Assembly (NCBI GenBank): GCA_963695795.1
Contig: CAVOHU010000006.1
Coordinates: forward strand, 276,083-340,082
Length of the DNA stretch: 64,000 nt
Direction: 5' to 3'
Source of the DNA: an uncultured Acidobacteriota bacterium
Lineage (GTDB): Bacteria; Acidobacteriota; Vicinamibacteria; Vicinamibacterales; JAKQTR01
Below the pieces are notes generated by a model that worked only from the letters and a program-made list of their open reading frames with translations, ran no database searches and had not been told where the DNA came from. Below, one piece after another: positions 46,955 to 56,846 of this stretch (position 1 is its first letter; each line of letters starts with the position of its first letter). A program made the position numbers and the translations under genes.

Positions 46955-47530
46955 CTATTCGTGTTCCTTCTCGGTCTCGTCGCCCGGGGCCGAAGTCGCG
47001 ACGTCGTCGAACTCGACGCTCGCCTCGGCTTCAGGCTCGGCACCAACGTCGGCTCCAGGCTCGTCGCCGACGTCGAACACGCGCCCGCCGCCGCGCACCC
47101 GAATCGGCCCCTTGGGGCCGGCGTCGCCTCGCGGCCGCGAGGTGGTCCGGCGCCCTTTCGGCGGCGCAGGCGGCCCGAAGTTCCGTTCGCGACGCCCGCC
47201 GGGCTCACCGCCGGCCATGGGCGGCCCGCCGGCGAATGCCGCGGGCGGCGGGCCCGCCGGACGGAATCCGGGCCCCCGCTCCTCTCGCGGGCGAGCTTCG
47301 CTCACCGACAGGGGCCGCCCCTGGAACGGCTGCCCGTTGAGCTGCCGAATGACCTCGGCCGCGACCGAGAGCTCGGCGTATTCGACGAAGGCGAAGCCGC
47401 GCGGACGGCCCGTTTCGCGGTCCACGGGCAGAGCGACAGAGAGCGGTGGTGCGACCGTCGCGACGTAGGCCCGCAGATCCGCTTCGGTGGCGCTGTATGG
47501 GAGGTTCCCGACGAACAGGCGGACAGCCAC
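46955..47530 (-). CDS. RRM-type RNA-binding protein with long Gly/Pro/Arg-rich and acidic C-terminal tail
   Basis: RNP-2 LFVGNL and RNP-1 RGFAFVEY motifs lie in the first ~85 aa. About 100 aa of low-complexity tail follow. The start is GTG 47530, preceded by AGAGGTGA. Confidence 0.8.
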   Translation of the reverse strand: MAVRLFVGNLPYSATEADLRAYVATVAPPLSVALPVDRETGRPRGFAFVEYAELSVAAEVIRQLNGQPFQGRPLSVSEARPREERGPGFRPAGPPPAAFAGGPPMAGGEPGGRRERNFGPPAPPKGRRTTSRPRGDAGPKGPIRVRGGGRVFDVGDEPGADVGAEPEAEASVEFDDVATSAPGDETEKEHE

Positions 47531-47810
47531 GCTACTATTTCACCTCTTTGAAAACAGGTTTCGGCACAGGGATGGGGAGATGGTGGATCGTTGTGGAAGG
47601 AGGACTCTCTGGCTCACGCGGACTCAACAGCGATAGAATGTAGCAGACACACGAGTCAAATGACAACCGGAGCTTTTCGGCGGCCGATCCCGAGCCCGGA
47701 ATCCGCCTTCCGCCGGATTGCCGCCAAAGTGGTCCGCCGGTGACCGGAGCGACTTGCGGCAGGCAGGTCTCTCTGGTACTGTTGCACCTTTCCCAACAAC
47801 CGAGCCAATC

Positions 47811-48854
47811 ATGAATCTTCGATCGCTGCTCGTGCTCTCCGGCCTGATCCTCGCCTCTGCTGTTGCCTGCAAGTCCAAGACGCCCGCACCGCCGGCCGAT
47901 TCCGCGGCCGCCGGCCAGGCCGGCAAAGGACCCGCTGCCGAGGCGGCGCCGGTGAAGCCCGTGCCCACCCAGTTGCCCGACGTACTGGCCAAGGTCAACG
48001 GGGAGTCCATCGAGCGCGGGGAATTCGAGCTGGCCGTCCGGACGCTCGAAGCGCGTGCCCAGTCGCCGGTGCCGACCGATCAGCGGGACAAGGTCTACCG
48101 GCAGGTCCTCGATCGCATCGTCGGCTACCGGCTGCTGCTGCAGGAGACGAAAGCCCGGAAGATCGACGCGGCCGCGACCGACATCGACGAGCGGCTCCAG
48201 CAGATGAAGGCGCAGTTCCCCAGCGAAGACGCGTTCAGGAAGGCGCTGGTCGAGCGCGGAATCACGCTCGAGAAGCTCCGCCAGGAAACCGCGGACACCA
48301 TCGCGGTCAACCAGCTCCTCGAGAAGGAAATCGAGCCGCAGGTCAAGGTCGAGGACAAGGACATCGCGGACTTCTACGCCAAGAACAAGCAGGAATTCCG
48401 GCAGGCTGAAGGCGTGCGAGCGTCGCACATCCTGATTCGTCTGCCGGAGAAGGCGGACGCCGCGGCGCGTGCGAAGGCGAAGGCCCAGGCGGATCAGGTC
48501 CTGAGACAGCTCGCCGCCGGCGCGAAGTTCGACGAGCTCGCCAAGAAGAACTCGCAGGACCCGGGTTCGTCGGCCAACGGAGGCGACCTCGGATTCTTCT
48601 CGAAGGGACAGATGGTACCCGCTTTCGAGAACGCCGCCTTCGCCCTGAAGCCGGGGCAGACGAGCAGCGTCGTCGAAACGCCGTTCGGCTACCACATCAT
48701 CCGCGTCGCCGAGACGCGGCCGGCCCGCGACCTGCCGCTCACCGAGGTGCAGGATCGGATCAAGAACTATCTCGCCGATCAGCTTCGCACCGCGAAGAGC
48801 GAGGCATTCGTTCAGGGCCTCCGAGCCAAAGGCAAGGTGGAGATCCTGATTTGA
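47811..48854 (+). CDS. Parvulin-type peptidyl-prolyl isomerase lipoprotein (SurA/PrsA-like)
   Basis: ATG 47811 gives MNLRSLLVLSGLILASAVAC (lipobox). Has a SurA_N-like helical region and a PpiC domain (ASHILIRL...GGDLGFFSKGQMVPAFENAAF...TPFGYHII). Confidence 0.8.
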   Translation: MNLRSLLVLSGLILASAVACKSKTPAPPADSAAAGQAGKGPAAEAAPVKPVPTQLPDVLAKVNGESIERGEFELAVRTLEARAQSPVPTDQRDKVYRQVLDRIVGYRLLLQETKARKIDAAATDIDERLQQMKAQFPSEDAFRKALVERGITLEKLRQETADTIAVNQLLEKEIEPQVKVEDKDIADFYAKNKQEFRQAEGVRASHILIRLPEKADAAARAKAKAQADQVLRQLAAGAKFDELAKKNSQDPGSSANGGDLGFFSKGQMVPAFENAAFALKPGQTSSVVETPFGYHIIRVAETRPARDLPLTEVQDRIKNYLADQLRTAKSEAFVQGLRAKGKVEILI

Positions 48855-50239
48855 CGGGACGCCGCCCACGGACGCTGCCAATTCTCGCGGGCCTGCTTCT
48901 GGCGGTCCCGTTCGGTCTCGCCAGCCAATCCGGCCCATCGCTCGTTTCCGCGTATCGCGACCAGGCTGCGCGCCTCATCGGCGAAGCCACCATCGACGAC
49001 CACGCGTGGAAACGCCTGGCCGAGCTGACCGACACCTTCGGCCATCGCCTCGCGGGCTCGTCGAGCCTCGAGTCGGCCATCCGCTGGGCCGCCCGGGAGA
49101 TGCAGAGCGACGGGCTCGAAAACGTGCGCCTCGAGAAGGTGATGGTCCCGCACTGGGTTCGGGGCGTGGAGAGCGCCGCGCTGGTCGAGCCGATCGGCCA
49201 TCCGCTGGCGATGCTCGGGCTCGGCAACAGCGTCGGCACGCCGCCCGACGGCATCAAGGCCCCGGCGGTCGTCGTTCGCAGCTACGCGGAACTCGACGCC
49301 CTGGGACGCGCGGGCGCCGGCGGCCGCATCGTCGTGTACAACGTGCCGTTCACGAACTACGGCGAGACCGTTGAATACCGGCGGTCCGGCGCCTCGCGCG
49401 CCGCGGCGCTCGGCGCCGTGGCGATGCTCCTTCGCTCGGTTGGGCTTCCGGGGCTCATGACGCCGCACACCGGCGTCCTCTCCTACGCCGACGGCGTGCC
49501 GCAGATTCCTGCCGCGGCGATTTCCACCGAGGACGCCGACCGCCTGCAGCGGATCCAGGACCGCGGCGGCCGTCTGGTGGTGAAGCTCGCGATGCAGGCG
49601 CGGATGCTGCCCGACGCCGAATCGGCAAACGTCATCGCCGAGATTCGCGGCCGCGAGCTCCCGAACGAGTTCGTCGTCATGGGGGGGCACTCAGATTCAT
49701 GGGACGTCGGTACCGGCGCGACCGACGATGGCGGAGGGTGCGTCGCCTCGTGGGAGGCGCTGAGAATCATCCACAAGCTCGGCCTGCGGCCTCGCCGGAC
49801 CATCCGCGTGGTGCTCTGGGTCAACGAGGAGAATGGCGGGCGCGGCGGCGAGGCGTACCGCGACGCGCACGCCGCCGAGCTGCCGCAGCACGTCCTCATG
49901 ATCGAATCGGACGGCGGCGTGTTCCGGCCGCTGGGGTTCGGGTTTTCCGGACCCGACTCAGCACGCGCAACGGCGAAGGCGATCGCGTCGCTGCTCGAAG
50001 GGATCGAAGCCTCCCGGATCGGGCCGGCCGGCGGCGGGGTCGACATCGGGCCGGCCGTCCAGGCCGGGAAGATCCCGGCCATGTCGCTCGACGTGGACGG
50101 CTCGACGTATTTCCGCATCCACCACACCGAGGCAGATACGGTCGACAAGATCGATCCGCACGACATGGCGCGCTGCGTCGCCGCACTGGCGGTTATGAGC
50201 TTCGTCGTGGCGGATCTGCCGAATCGCCTCGGCCGGTAG
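48851..50239 (+). CDS. M28-family aminopeptidase with PA domain
   Basis: 462 aa with a signal-like N-terminus and M28 metal-ligand motifs (GGHSDSWDVGTGATDDGGG, NEENGGRG, HHTEADT). Confidence 0.8.
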   Translation: MTGRRPRTLPILAGLLLAVPFGLASQSGPSLVSAYRDQAARLIGEATIDDHAWKRLAELTDTFGHRLAGSSSLESAIRWAAREMQSDGLENVRLEKVMVPHWVRGVESAALVEPIGHPLAMLGLGNSVGTPPDGIKAPAVVVRSYAELDALGRAGAGGRIVVYNVPFTNYGETVEYRRSGASRAAALGAVAMLLRSVGLPGLMTPHTGVLSYADGVPQIPAAAISTEDADRLQRIQDRGGRLVVKLAMQARMLPDAESANVIAEIRGRELPNEFVVMGGHSDSWDVGTGATDDGGGCVASWEALRIIHKLGLRPRRTIRVVLWVNEENGGRGGEAYRDAHAAELPQHVLMIESDGGVFRPLGFGFSGPDSARATAKAIASLLEGIEASRIGPAGGGVDIGPAVQAGKIPAMSLDVDGSTYFRIHHTEADTVDKIDPHDMARCVAALAVMSFVVADLPNRLGR

Positions 50240-50384
50240 CGCCGTATAGTACAATCCGCGGCGGTAACCGCCCCCGCCTGAGACACCCGACCGGCCACCG
50301 ACTCCGCACGACGCCCTCCGGCCCGCCGGCAGGTGCGAGTGTTCCATGCCGTCCACTTCCCTGCTCTCGACTCGAGGGGGACCC

Positions 50385-51674
50385 ATGAGCCAGCTCAAAC
50401 GTGGCTACCGCCACCGCGACATCGCCGGTCATCCGCTCCGGCCGGAAACTCTGATGATGAGTTACGGCTACGACCCGATGCTCTCGGAGGGCTCCGTCAA
50501 GTGCCCGCTCTTCCTCACCTCGACCTTCGCCTTTCCGACCGCGGAGGACGGCAAGTCGTTCTTCGAGGTGGCGTACGGCCTGAGGGAAAAGCGGCCCACC
50601 GAAGAGCCCGGGCTGATCTACTCGCGGCTGAACAACCCGGACCTCGAGATCCTGGAGGATCGGCTCGCGCTCTGGGATGAGGCCGAATCCTGCCTCGTCT
50701 TCTGCTCGGGCATGGCGGCCATCTCGACGACGCTGCTCACCTATCTGAAGCCGGGCGACGTCATCCTCGCCAGTGAGCCGGTGTACGGGGGCACCGAGTT
50801 CCTCATCGAGAACATCCTGCCCCAGTTCGGGATCTTCCATGTCTGGTTCCAGTCCCGACAGGGCAGCCCGACGCTCGAGCATGCCGTGCAGCAGGGGCGC
50901 AAGCTCGGGCGCATCGGGCTCATCTTCGTCGAGACGCCGGCCAACCCGACCAATGGCCTGGTCGACATCGCGAAATGCGGGTCGATCGCGCACGAGCTGG
51001 CCGATCCGTCGGGGCGACGTCCGCTGGTGGCGGTGGATAACACGTTCCTCGGCCCGCTCTGGCAGCACCCGCTCCAGCTTGGTGCCGACCTCGTGCTGTA
51101 TTCGTTGACGAAGTACGCCGGCGGCCACAGCGATCTCATCGCCGGCGCGAGCCTGGGGAGCGAGGAAGTCGTCTCCCCGATCCGCGGGATGCGCACGATC
51201 CTGGGAACGATGTCGGACCCTCACACCGGCTGGCTCCTGATGAGAAGCCTCGAGACGCTGAAGCTGCGCATGACGAGCGCGATGAAGAACGCGCGCTACG
51301 TGGCGGAGTTTCTCGCCGAGCACCCCAAGGTGCGCCAGGTTCACTATCTCGGATTCCTCGGCGAGGATCACCCGCAGCACGAGCTCTGCCAGCGCCAGTG
51401 CAAGGCGCCTGGCTCGACATTCGCCTTCGAGATACACGGAGGCGAGCAGGAAGCGTTCCGCGTGCTGAACAGCCTCAAGGTCATCAAGCTCGCGGTGAGC
51501 CTCGGCGGCACCGAGACGCTCGTCGAACACCCTGCGACGATGACACACTCGGATATTCCGCCGGAGCGGCAGGAGGCCATGGGGATTCACCCGTCGCTCA
51601 TCAGGATCTCGATCGGCATCGAGCATCCGGACGACCTGATCGCGGATCTGCAGCAGGCTCTCGACGCGCTCTAG
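50385..51674 (+). CDS. Cys/Met-metabolism PLP-dependent enzyme (cystathionine gamma-synthase/beta-lyase/methionine gamma-lyase family)
   Basis: YSRLNNP, SGMAAI, DNTFLGP and SLTKYAGGHSDLIAG (PLP lysine) motifs. The start MSQLKRGY was chosen. The track ORF begins at 50346. Confidence 0.85.
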   Translation: MSQLKRGYRHRDIAGHPLRPETLMMSYGYDPMLSEGSVKCPLFLTSTFAFPTAEDGKSFFEVAYGLREKRPTEEPGLIYSRLNNPDLEILEDRLALWDEAESCLVFCSGMAAISTTLLTYLKPGDVILASEPVYGGTEFLIENILPQFGIFHVWFQSRQGSPTLEHAVQQGRKLGRIGLIFVETPANPTNGLVDIAKCGSIAHELADPSGRRPLVAVDNTFLGPLWQHPLQLGADLVLYSLTKYAGGHSDLIAGASLGSEEVVSPIRGMRTILGTMSDPHTGWLLMRSLETLKLRMTSAMKNARYVAEFLAEHPKVRQVHYLGFLGEDHPQHELCQRQCKAPGSTFAFEIHGGEQEAFRVLNSLKVIKLAVSLGGTETLVEHPATMTHSDIPPERQEAMGIHPSLIRISIGIEHPDDLIADLQQALDAL

Positions 51675-51921
51675 CGGGTTCTCCCGGACCATCGAGGTCG
51701 TGTTTAACTCCGACTGCGCCGGTCCGACCGCGCTGAGCTCAACCCTGTCTGCGGAATTCGCGGGTTTCCGGACGCTGCGCGCCGGGAACTCGGCGATCGC
51801 CACGCGCATTCAGCGACTCGATCCCTTAATAGGCTGGACAAATCCGGATCGGTCTTTGCTATAGTGATTGAGGAGCCCCGGCATCGCATTCGGGGACGAG
51901 GTTTCACGGAGGATACGATCC

Positions 51922-52113
51922 ATGCCAATGTTGATCAAGGAAGACTGCATCAGCTGTGGGGCCTGCGAGCCGGAGTGCCCGAACGAGGCCATCGCTGAGG
52001 GCGAATCGATCTACACCATCGACGCCGACAAGTGCACCGAGTGCCAGGGCCACTTCGACTCGCCGAAATGCGTCGAGGTCTGCCCGGTCGACGGCTGCGT
52101 CGTCAAGGTCTGA
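51922..52113 (+). CDS. 2x[4Fe-4S] dicluster ferredoxin (YfhL-like)
   Basis: 63 aa from ATG 51922, with CISCGACEPECP and CTECQGHFDSPKCVEVCP motifs. Confidence 0.85.
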   Translation: MPMLIKEDCISCGACEPECPNEAIAEGESIYTIDADKCTECQGHFDSPKCVEVCPVDGCVVKV

Positions 52114-52135
52114 TATTCCATCAACATCGTGACCC

Positions 52136-52180
52136 GCGGGGGGCCTGCCGGTGGTCCCCCGTTGTTCTCTTCCCTCTTTC
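52136..52180. terminator. Candidate bidirectional terminator between convergent genes
   Basis: A G-run (52138-52143) pairs with a C-run (52156-52160) around a ~12-nt loop. It is followed by the T-rich GTTGTTCTCTTCCCTCTTTC. The hairpin is imperfect. Confidence 0.3.
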
Positions 52181-52661
52181 AAAACCACGCCTGGGTCAGA
52201 ATCGCCGCCGGCGCTGACGCCACGAGCCACCCTGCCACGACGAGCGCGGCCTCGCGGACGGTCCTGTGCCGCAAGAGCTGAACCGCACCCGACGGCACGC
52301 CGATGAGCGCCACTGGAATCAACATGGGCGGCAGCCAGTCCGGCCCGACGAAGACCCAGGTTCCGGCCAGAACGAGAAACGCCGCGGTGCCGGCCGAGAG
52401 AAGCGACTTCCACCAGCGAGTCCGGCGGACCTTGAGATGAAGGACGACGGCGATCGCCGTTGCCGCGAGCCAGACGACCGCCGCCCGCCAGAGGAACGGG
52501 CCCACCAGCCCCATCATGGTGAGGGAGCCTTCAAGGCTTCCGGACTCCGCACGCAGCGAGCGCATCGCCTCGCTCATCGCGGTGATCGTGCTCCCGACGG
52601 CAGGATCGACTCCGTCGACCCGTGCGAGTTCGGCCACCGAGCCGTACGGCCCGCCGCTCAC
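52179..52661 (-). CDS. Hypothetical integral membrane protein
   Basis: 160 aa with 4 predicted TM segments. The start overlaps the upstream stop by 4 nt. I recognise no motif. Confidence 0.45.
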   Translation of the reverse strand: MSGGPYGSVAELARVDGVDPAVGSTITAMSEAMRSLRAESGSLEGSLTMMGLVGPFLWRAAVVWLAATAIAVVLHLKVRRTRWWKSLLSAGTAAFLVLAGTWVFVGPDWLPPMLIPVALIGVPSGAVQLLRHRTVREAALVVAGWLVASAPAAILTQAWF

Positions 52662-54043
52662 GAGTCGATCGGCCAGGGGCGCGAGACGCCTGGGACACCG
52701 ATCCAGTCGAGTGCCGTGGCCGCGTTGGCGTCGAAGGTGTGCGGGCGCGGCAAGGCCCGGAATTGGTCGAACAGCGTCGTGCCGGTCTGGAACCGGGCGT
52801 TGGCGAGCCAGATTTCTGGCGCCGGCTGCACCTCGCGCCCGCCGAGCGACGTGGAGACGATCGCGTGCACGGCGTCGCGCTCGTCCGGGAATGTCCTGAT
52901 GTACGCCGCAATCGCCGCCGCGGCGTCGGTCGGCCGGTGGAGGGCCGTCGCGTGAATCAGTTTCAGATACGCGTTCTCCTCCGGGGTGACCTGGGCCGAT
53001 GTCGTCCCGAAGAGCGCGTAGAAGGCCGGTTCACGGTAGCGCGATCGGATGGCAGCGTCGGTCATCCACCGCCAGTAGAGGTGCGCCACGACGCCCTCGA
53101 TCGACAACGCCACCCTCACGGGCCTGAGCGCACCTTCGGGCTCCCCTGGAATGACGTTCGCCAGCAGGTAGGCGGCGAACACATCGCCGCGGTCGAGCAG
53201 CCCTGGAGGAATCGACGGCTCGCGCAGGAACCGATTCGCTTTGACCGCGTGATAGCGGAGGACCTGCTCGTCCTGGCTGAACCAGAACAGGAATCGCATG
53301 CGCAAGCGCGATGCCGGCGCGATTCTGGCGGCGAGCTCCCGGCGGTACGACTCGAAATCGGCCTCGGCGGCGCTTCGCAGGCGCGCATCGACGGCCAAGG
53401 CCCGGGTCTCGGGCAGTGCGTCCGGGTCGTCGATGGACATGATCTGCGCGTGCTCGGCGAATCCCTCGGCGAACGCGATCCCCGGGTCGGTGCGGACGCC
53501 GATCGCATGGACCTGGTTCGCCCCGCCCGACGGCGGTTCGCCAACCAGGCGGTGCATCATGACGTGCACCAACTCGTGCGGGAAGATCTGATCGACCGCT
53601 CCAAATCGGCCTGACAGCTGGGAGCGCCGGTGCAGATCGACGTAGCCGACGTCGCGCTTCAGGTCGTCGTTGAGGTAGAAGCCGCTGCGAGGGAATCCAC
53701 CTTGGTGGTCAGAGAGCAGCAGGTAGGCCGGCTCAACGGCGCCCTTCCCGGAACGGTACAGGTAAGTTCCCTCCAGCTCATAGATTCGTAGGAGCTTTCC
53801 CGAGAACCCTCTCGACAGAGCCTCGACGATCGCCCGATCGTCGGGATGGCGGCTCAGGACCGGCAGACCGTCCCGGACCACGCCCGTGTCGATCAGCACG
53901 ACGAGCCGACCCTGGACCGCGTCGCCACCCGCGCGTGCGGCCGAGCTCCATCCGAGAATGATGGCGAGTGCCGCCAGAGCGCAGACGCCCCCGCGAAGCA
54001 GCCCGGCCGATGGCCGTGCGGTGGGTGCACGGGATGTGTTCAC
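52658..54043 (-). CDS. Secreted putative zinc metalloprotease-like protein (HExxH)
   Basis: 461 aa with a signal-like N-terminus (VCALAALAIILGWSSAARA). HELVH is followed ~30 aa later by AFAEGFAEH, a gluzincin-like third ligand candidate. I do not recognise the family. Confidence 0.55.
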   Translation of the reverse strand: MNTSRAPTARPSAGLLRGGVCALAALAIILGWSSAARAGGDAVQGRLVVLIDTGVVRDGLPVLSRHPDDRAIVEALSRGFSGKLLRIYELEGTYLYRSGKGAVEPAYLLLSDHQGGFPRSGFYLNDDLKRDVGYVDLHRRSQLSGRFGAVDQIFPHELVHVMMHRLVGEPPSGGANQVHAIGVRTDPGIAFAEGFAEHAQIMSIDDPDALPETRALAVDARLRSAAEADFESYRRELAARIAPASRLRMRFLFWFSQDEQVLRYHAVKANRFLREPSIPPGLLDRGDVFAAYLLANVIPGEPEGALRPVRVALSIEGVVAHLYWRWMTDAAIRSRYREPAFYALFGTTSAQVTPEENAYLKLIHATALHRPTDAAAAIAAYIRTFPDERDAVHAIVSTSLGGREVQPAPEIWLANARFQTGTTLFDQFRALPRPHTFDANAATALDWIGVPGVSRPWPIDS

Positions 54044-54173
54044 AAACCACTTGGACGGATCGCCGTCTCGCCAAGTTCAGACGCGGCTATGGATTGCGAG
54101 AGCCCCGTCGCCGGAAGTTGCGCGGGATTCCAAACCGCCGCGGTGAACATCCTGTTAAATCTCGACGCCGAGC

Positions 54174-54458
54174 TTGACAGCACCCCAAACGGGTCCTAAC
54201 TTCTTAACGAAGAGGGTTTCGATCGCCCAGGATGTGAGGTGTGTAGTGGGCGCGCTGTACTTCGAAGCCCAGCCCGACGGAAGCGTGCAAGTATTCGACC
54301 TCGGTCAAGGCCGAATCGAGCTCGTCGTGAGGAGGGACGACAGCGTCTCTGGCAGCCAGGCCGCTGTGGACCGCCTCAACCGCATGAACCTGATTCACAA
54401 GCCCCTGCCGCAATATGTCAGGGAGTGCGCATCCAAGTACTCGGGTTGGGAAATCTAG
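54174..54458 (+). CDS. Hypothetical small protein (orphan ORF in a lower-GC spacer)
   Basis: 94-aa track ORF. A shorter version from GTG ~54246, preceded by GAGGTG, is possible. There are no recognisable motifs and coding status is uncertain. Confidence 0.25.
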   Translation: MTAPQTGPNFLTKRVSIAQDVRCVVGALYFEAQPDGSVQVFDLGQGRIELVVRRDDSVSGSQAAVDRLNRMNLIHKPLPQYVRECASKYSGWEI

Positions 54459-54579
54459 CGGGTCGCAACAAGCCAGAGCCGCGGCGTCACGGCGCGGTGG
54501 CTGAGCCCGCCTCCGAATCTCGTCACTTGCCGGACCGGCCGGGATGGCGTGTGTCTCGGGAGTGTCGTCGGCACCGATC

Positions 54580-56667
54580 TCATTTGGGGATCTTGATCTG
54601 CTCGCTGGTCAGCACCTGGAAGCGGCGGAACTTCGAGTAGGTTGCGGTCGCCTTGACCTTTCCCGAAGCGTACGAGTAGGACTCCTCCATCAGCACGGGT
54701 GGCCAGAGACCCGGCAGCTCATCGCGCGGTCCGTAGCTGACGGTGATCTCGGCCGCTCCCGCCCGGAGCAGCGTGCGCAGGATGCGTCCGCTGGTCGGCT
54801 CGACTAGGAACCACCCCGATGCCGGCACATCGCTGCCAGCGGACGTCTTGATGATGGTCGGCCTCCCCAACTCCTGGTAGTTGATCGTCACGGCACGGGT
54901 CCCGGCAAACGTCTCCTCGCTGACCTTCCTGAATGAGAATCCTCGCAGCTTGTCGGACTCGAGGAACATCAGCGGCAGGACGGGGATGTTCACCGTTCGG
55001 TGAAATTCGCCGAGGTTGTACCGCGCGCTCTCCTCCCAGGTCAGGCGCGCGCTTTCGACCGCTCGACCCGGCGGCGTTTCAACGAAGAGCTTCATCAGAC
55101 GATCGCTGCGATCGCGGACCGTATCCCCATCGACCTCGTACACATCCCGGAACGGCAGCCAGCCCGGGACACCCGGCACCCTCACCATCAGGTAGTCGGA
55201 CTTGAGACGCCGTTTGAGCGACAGCCCCTTCGGCGTCTGCCACTCCTGGTCGTAGATCTCCTCAGCCACGACTGCCGACATTTCCCGCCCGTATTGCGCC
55301 GCATAGTCGGAAACGCGAGCCAGGACGAAGGTGACCTCAGGGTCGGTCCGCGGCAGGTTGACTGGTTTGTCTGTCGGATCCGCGATATCGATCCTGGGCC
55401 GGGCCGGACGCCGCATCGTGGGGTTCATTCCACCCGGAAGCAAGGACAAGTAACGCCCTGCGGCGAGGAGCCTGGCCGCTCGAATCGTGACGCCTTTCCG
55501 GAGCGAGGTCACCTCGATGGGCAATGGGTCGGACGCCTTCGCCGCTGAGGGCGGCAGCAACGCCAGGAGATACGACAGGGTCAGTTCGCCGGCCAGCTTC
55601 TGGAGTGCCTGCTCGGGTTTGTTCGCCAGCGTGATCAGGGCGCCACCAGTCCGCTCGGCGAGCGTCGAGAGAAATGAGCGTCCGGCCTCCGCGAATCGCG
55701 GCGCAGGAGTCGGCACCTGCACCGAGTACACGCGAACGAATGAGCGGGCGGCAGCAGCCATCAGCCGGTCTGACTCGATGCCTGCGCCTTCGGCAATCAC
55801 GCCGGCCGACAGGAACAGGATCGTCTTGGAGCCCGGCACGCCGCGCAGATCGACGCAGATCTCGGTCAGTCCATTGATTGTCGCCGTCGCGTGCGCGCGC
55901 GACGCCTCCGGAGAGATCTCCTCGTGGAGGTCCGACGGGATCTCGGGGCGGAGGCTGTCGAGCGTCGGAATTCCCTCAGGCTTCGATAAGGGTCGGGAGG
56001 TTCCGGCGGAGGTCCGCTCCGGTTCGTCCGCGCCGCCTTCCTTCGTCCGGTCCGGCCTCTCCGGAGTGCTTGGGTCGCGCACGGGGGGAACTTCATTCGA
56101 CGGATTGGCGGAACGTTGGCCGCGCAGCCGATCGAGGGTCTGCCGGATGGCGCTCCGGTCGCTCGACATCGATTCGAGCGACTCGGATCCCGCCAGGACG
56201 ATGACCGTGACGCGGTCACCGAGCCCGAACGACGCGAGGCACCGGTCGGCAATCATCCGGGCACGGCGTTCGTCGCCTGGCAGCAGGCTCGCCTGGTCGA
56301 CCACCAGCACGAGGAGCCGGGCGGGCTCCGCAAACGGTTCCAGCTCGCGCGCGGTCTCGGGATTCCACGCGTCGACAAAGTGCTGCGAACCGGGGCCGCG
56401 ATACAGTTTCCCCAACGCGGCAAAACTCGAGCGGCTCTTGTCGACGACGACCTCGAAATCCCTGGTGGTCATGTTGTCGACGAGGTTTCCTGTCCGGTCG
56501 ACAGCGATAACCTCGACGACGTAGGAGCTGGCGGCTTCAACCTGGCTCGCCACCGTGAACGCGCCGTCGGGCAGCCCGAGGAACTCCCGCTGCACCCCGG
56601 AGGACGCACACGACGCGAGGATGAGCGCCGTTGAACAGACCGAGGCAATACGCACGATCCGCTTCAT
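54580..56667 (-). CDS. VWA domain-containing lipoprotein (VWFA-related, acidobacterial-type)
   Basis: ATG 56667 gives MKRIVRIASVCSTALILASC (lipobox). Has VWA-like segments (LLVLVVDQASLLPGDERR...DRVTVIVLAG; KTILFLSAGVIAEG) and a long conserved C-terminal domain. Confidence 0.65.
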   Translation of the reverse strand: MKRIVRIASVCSTALILASCASSGVQREFLGLPDGAFTVASQVEAASSYVVEVIAVDRTGNLVDNMTTRDFEVVVDKSRSSFAALGKLYRGPGSQHFVDAWNPETARELEPFAEPARLLVLVVDQASLLPGDERRARMIADRCLASFGLGDRVTVIVLAGSESLESMSSDRSAIRQTLDRLRGQRSANPSNEVPPVRDPSTPERPDRTKEGGADEPERTSAGTSRPLSKPEGIPTLDSLRPEIPSDLHEEISPEASRAHATATINGLTEICVDLRGVPGSKTILFLSAGVIAEGAGIESDRLMAAAARSFVRVYSVQVPTPAPRFAEAGRSFLSTLAERTGGALITLANKPEQALQKLAGELTLSYLLALLPPSAAKASDPLPIEVTSLRKGVTIRAARLLAAGRYLSLLPGGMNPTMRRPARPRIDIADPTDKPVNLPRTDPEVTFVLARVSDYAAQYGREMSAVVAEEIYDQEWQTPKGLSLKRRLKSDYLMVRVPGVPGWLPFRDVYEVDGDTVRDRSDRLMKLFVETPPGRAVESARLTWEESARYNLGEFHRTVNIPVLPLMFLESDKLRGFSFRKVSEETFAGTRAVTINYQELGRPTIIKTSAGSDVPASGWFLVEPTSGRILRTLLRAGAAEITVSYGPRDELPGLWPPVLMEESYSYASGKVKATATYSKFRRFQVLTSEQIKIPK

Positions 56668-56846
56668 CGATGGGCCCATGTCGGCGGCATTTAGCGACGA
56701 TGACTTGCGGCGAGGGGGCACTCAGGCGCGTCTGGTCTGCAGGAAAGTATACCCGCAAGCGCGCGTGAGAGTCGCGTTCGCTGGGAGTGTGGGAACGGAC
56801 GTGGCGGTTCGGCTTGCACCGAGCGCCCAGCGGCCGACACATCGTT

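Noticed and set aside
47535-51809. Long minus-strand ORFs (467 aa at 47535-48938, 292 aa at 48812-49690, 538 aa at 50193-51809) opposite the PPIase, M28 peptidase and PLP enzyme
   Set aside because: Shadow ORFs with low-complexity composition. The plus-strand genes carry catalytic motifs.
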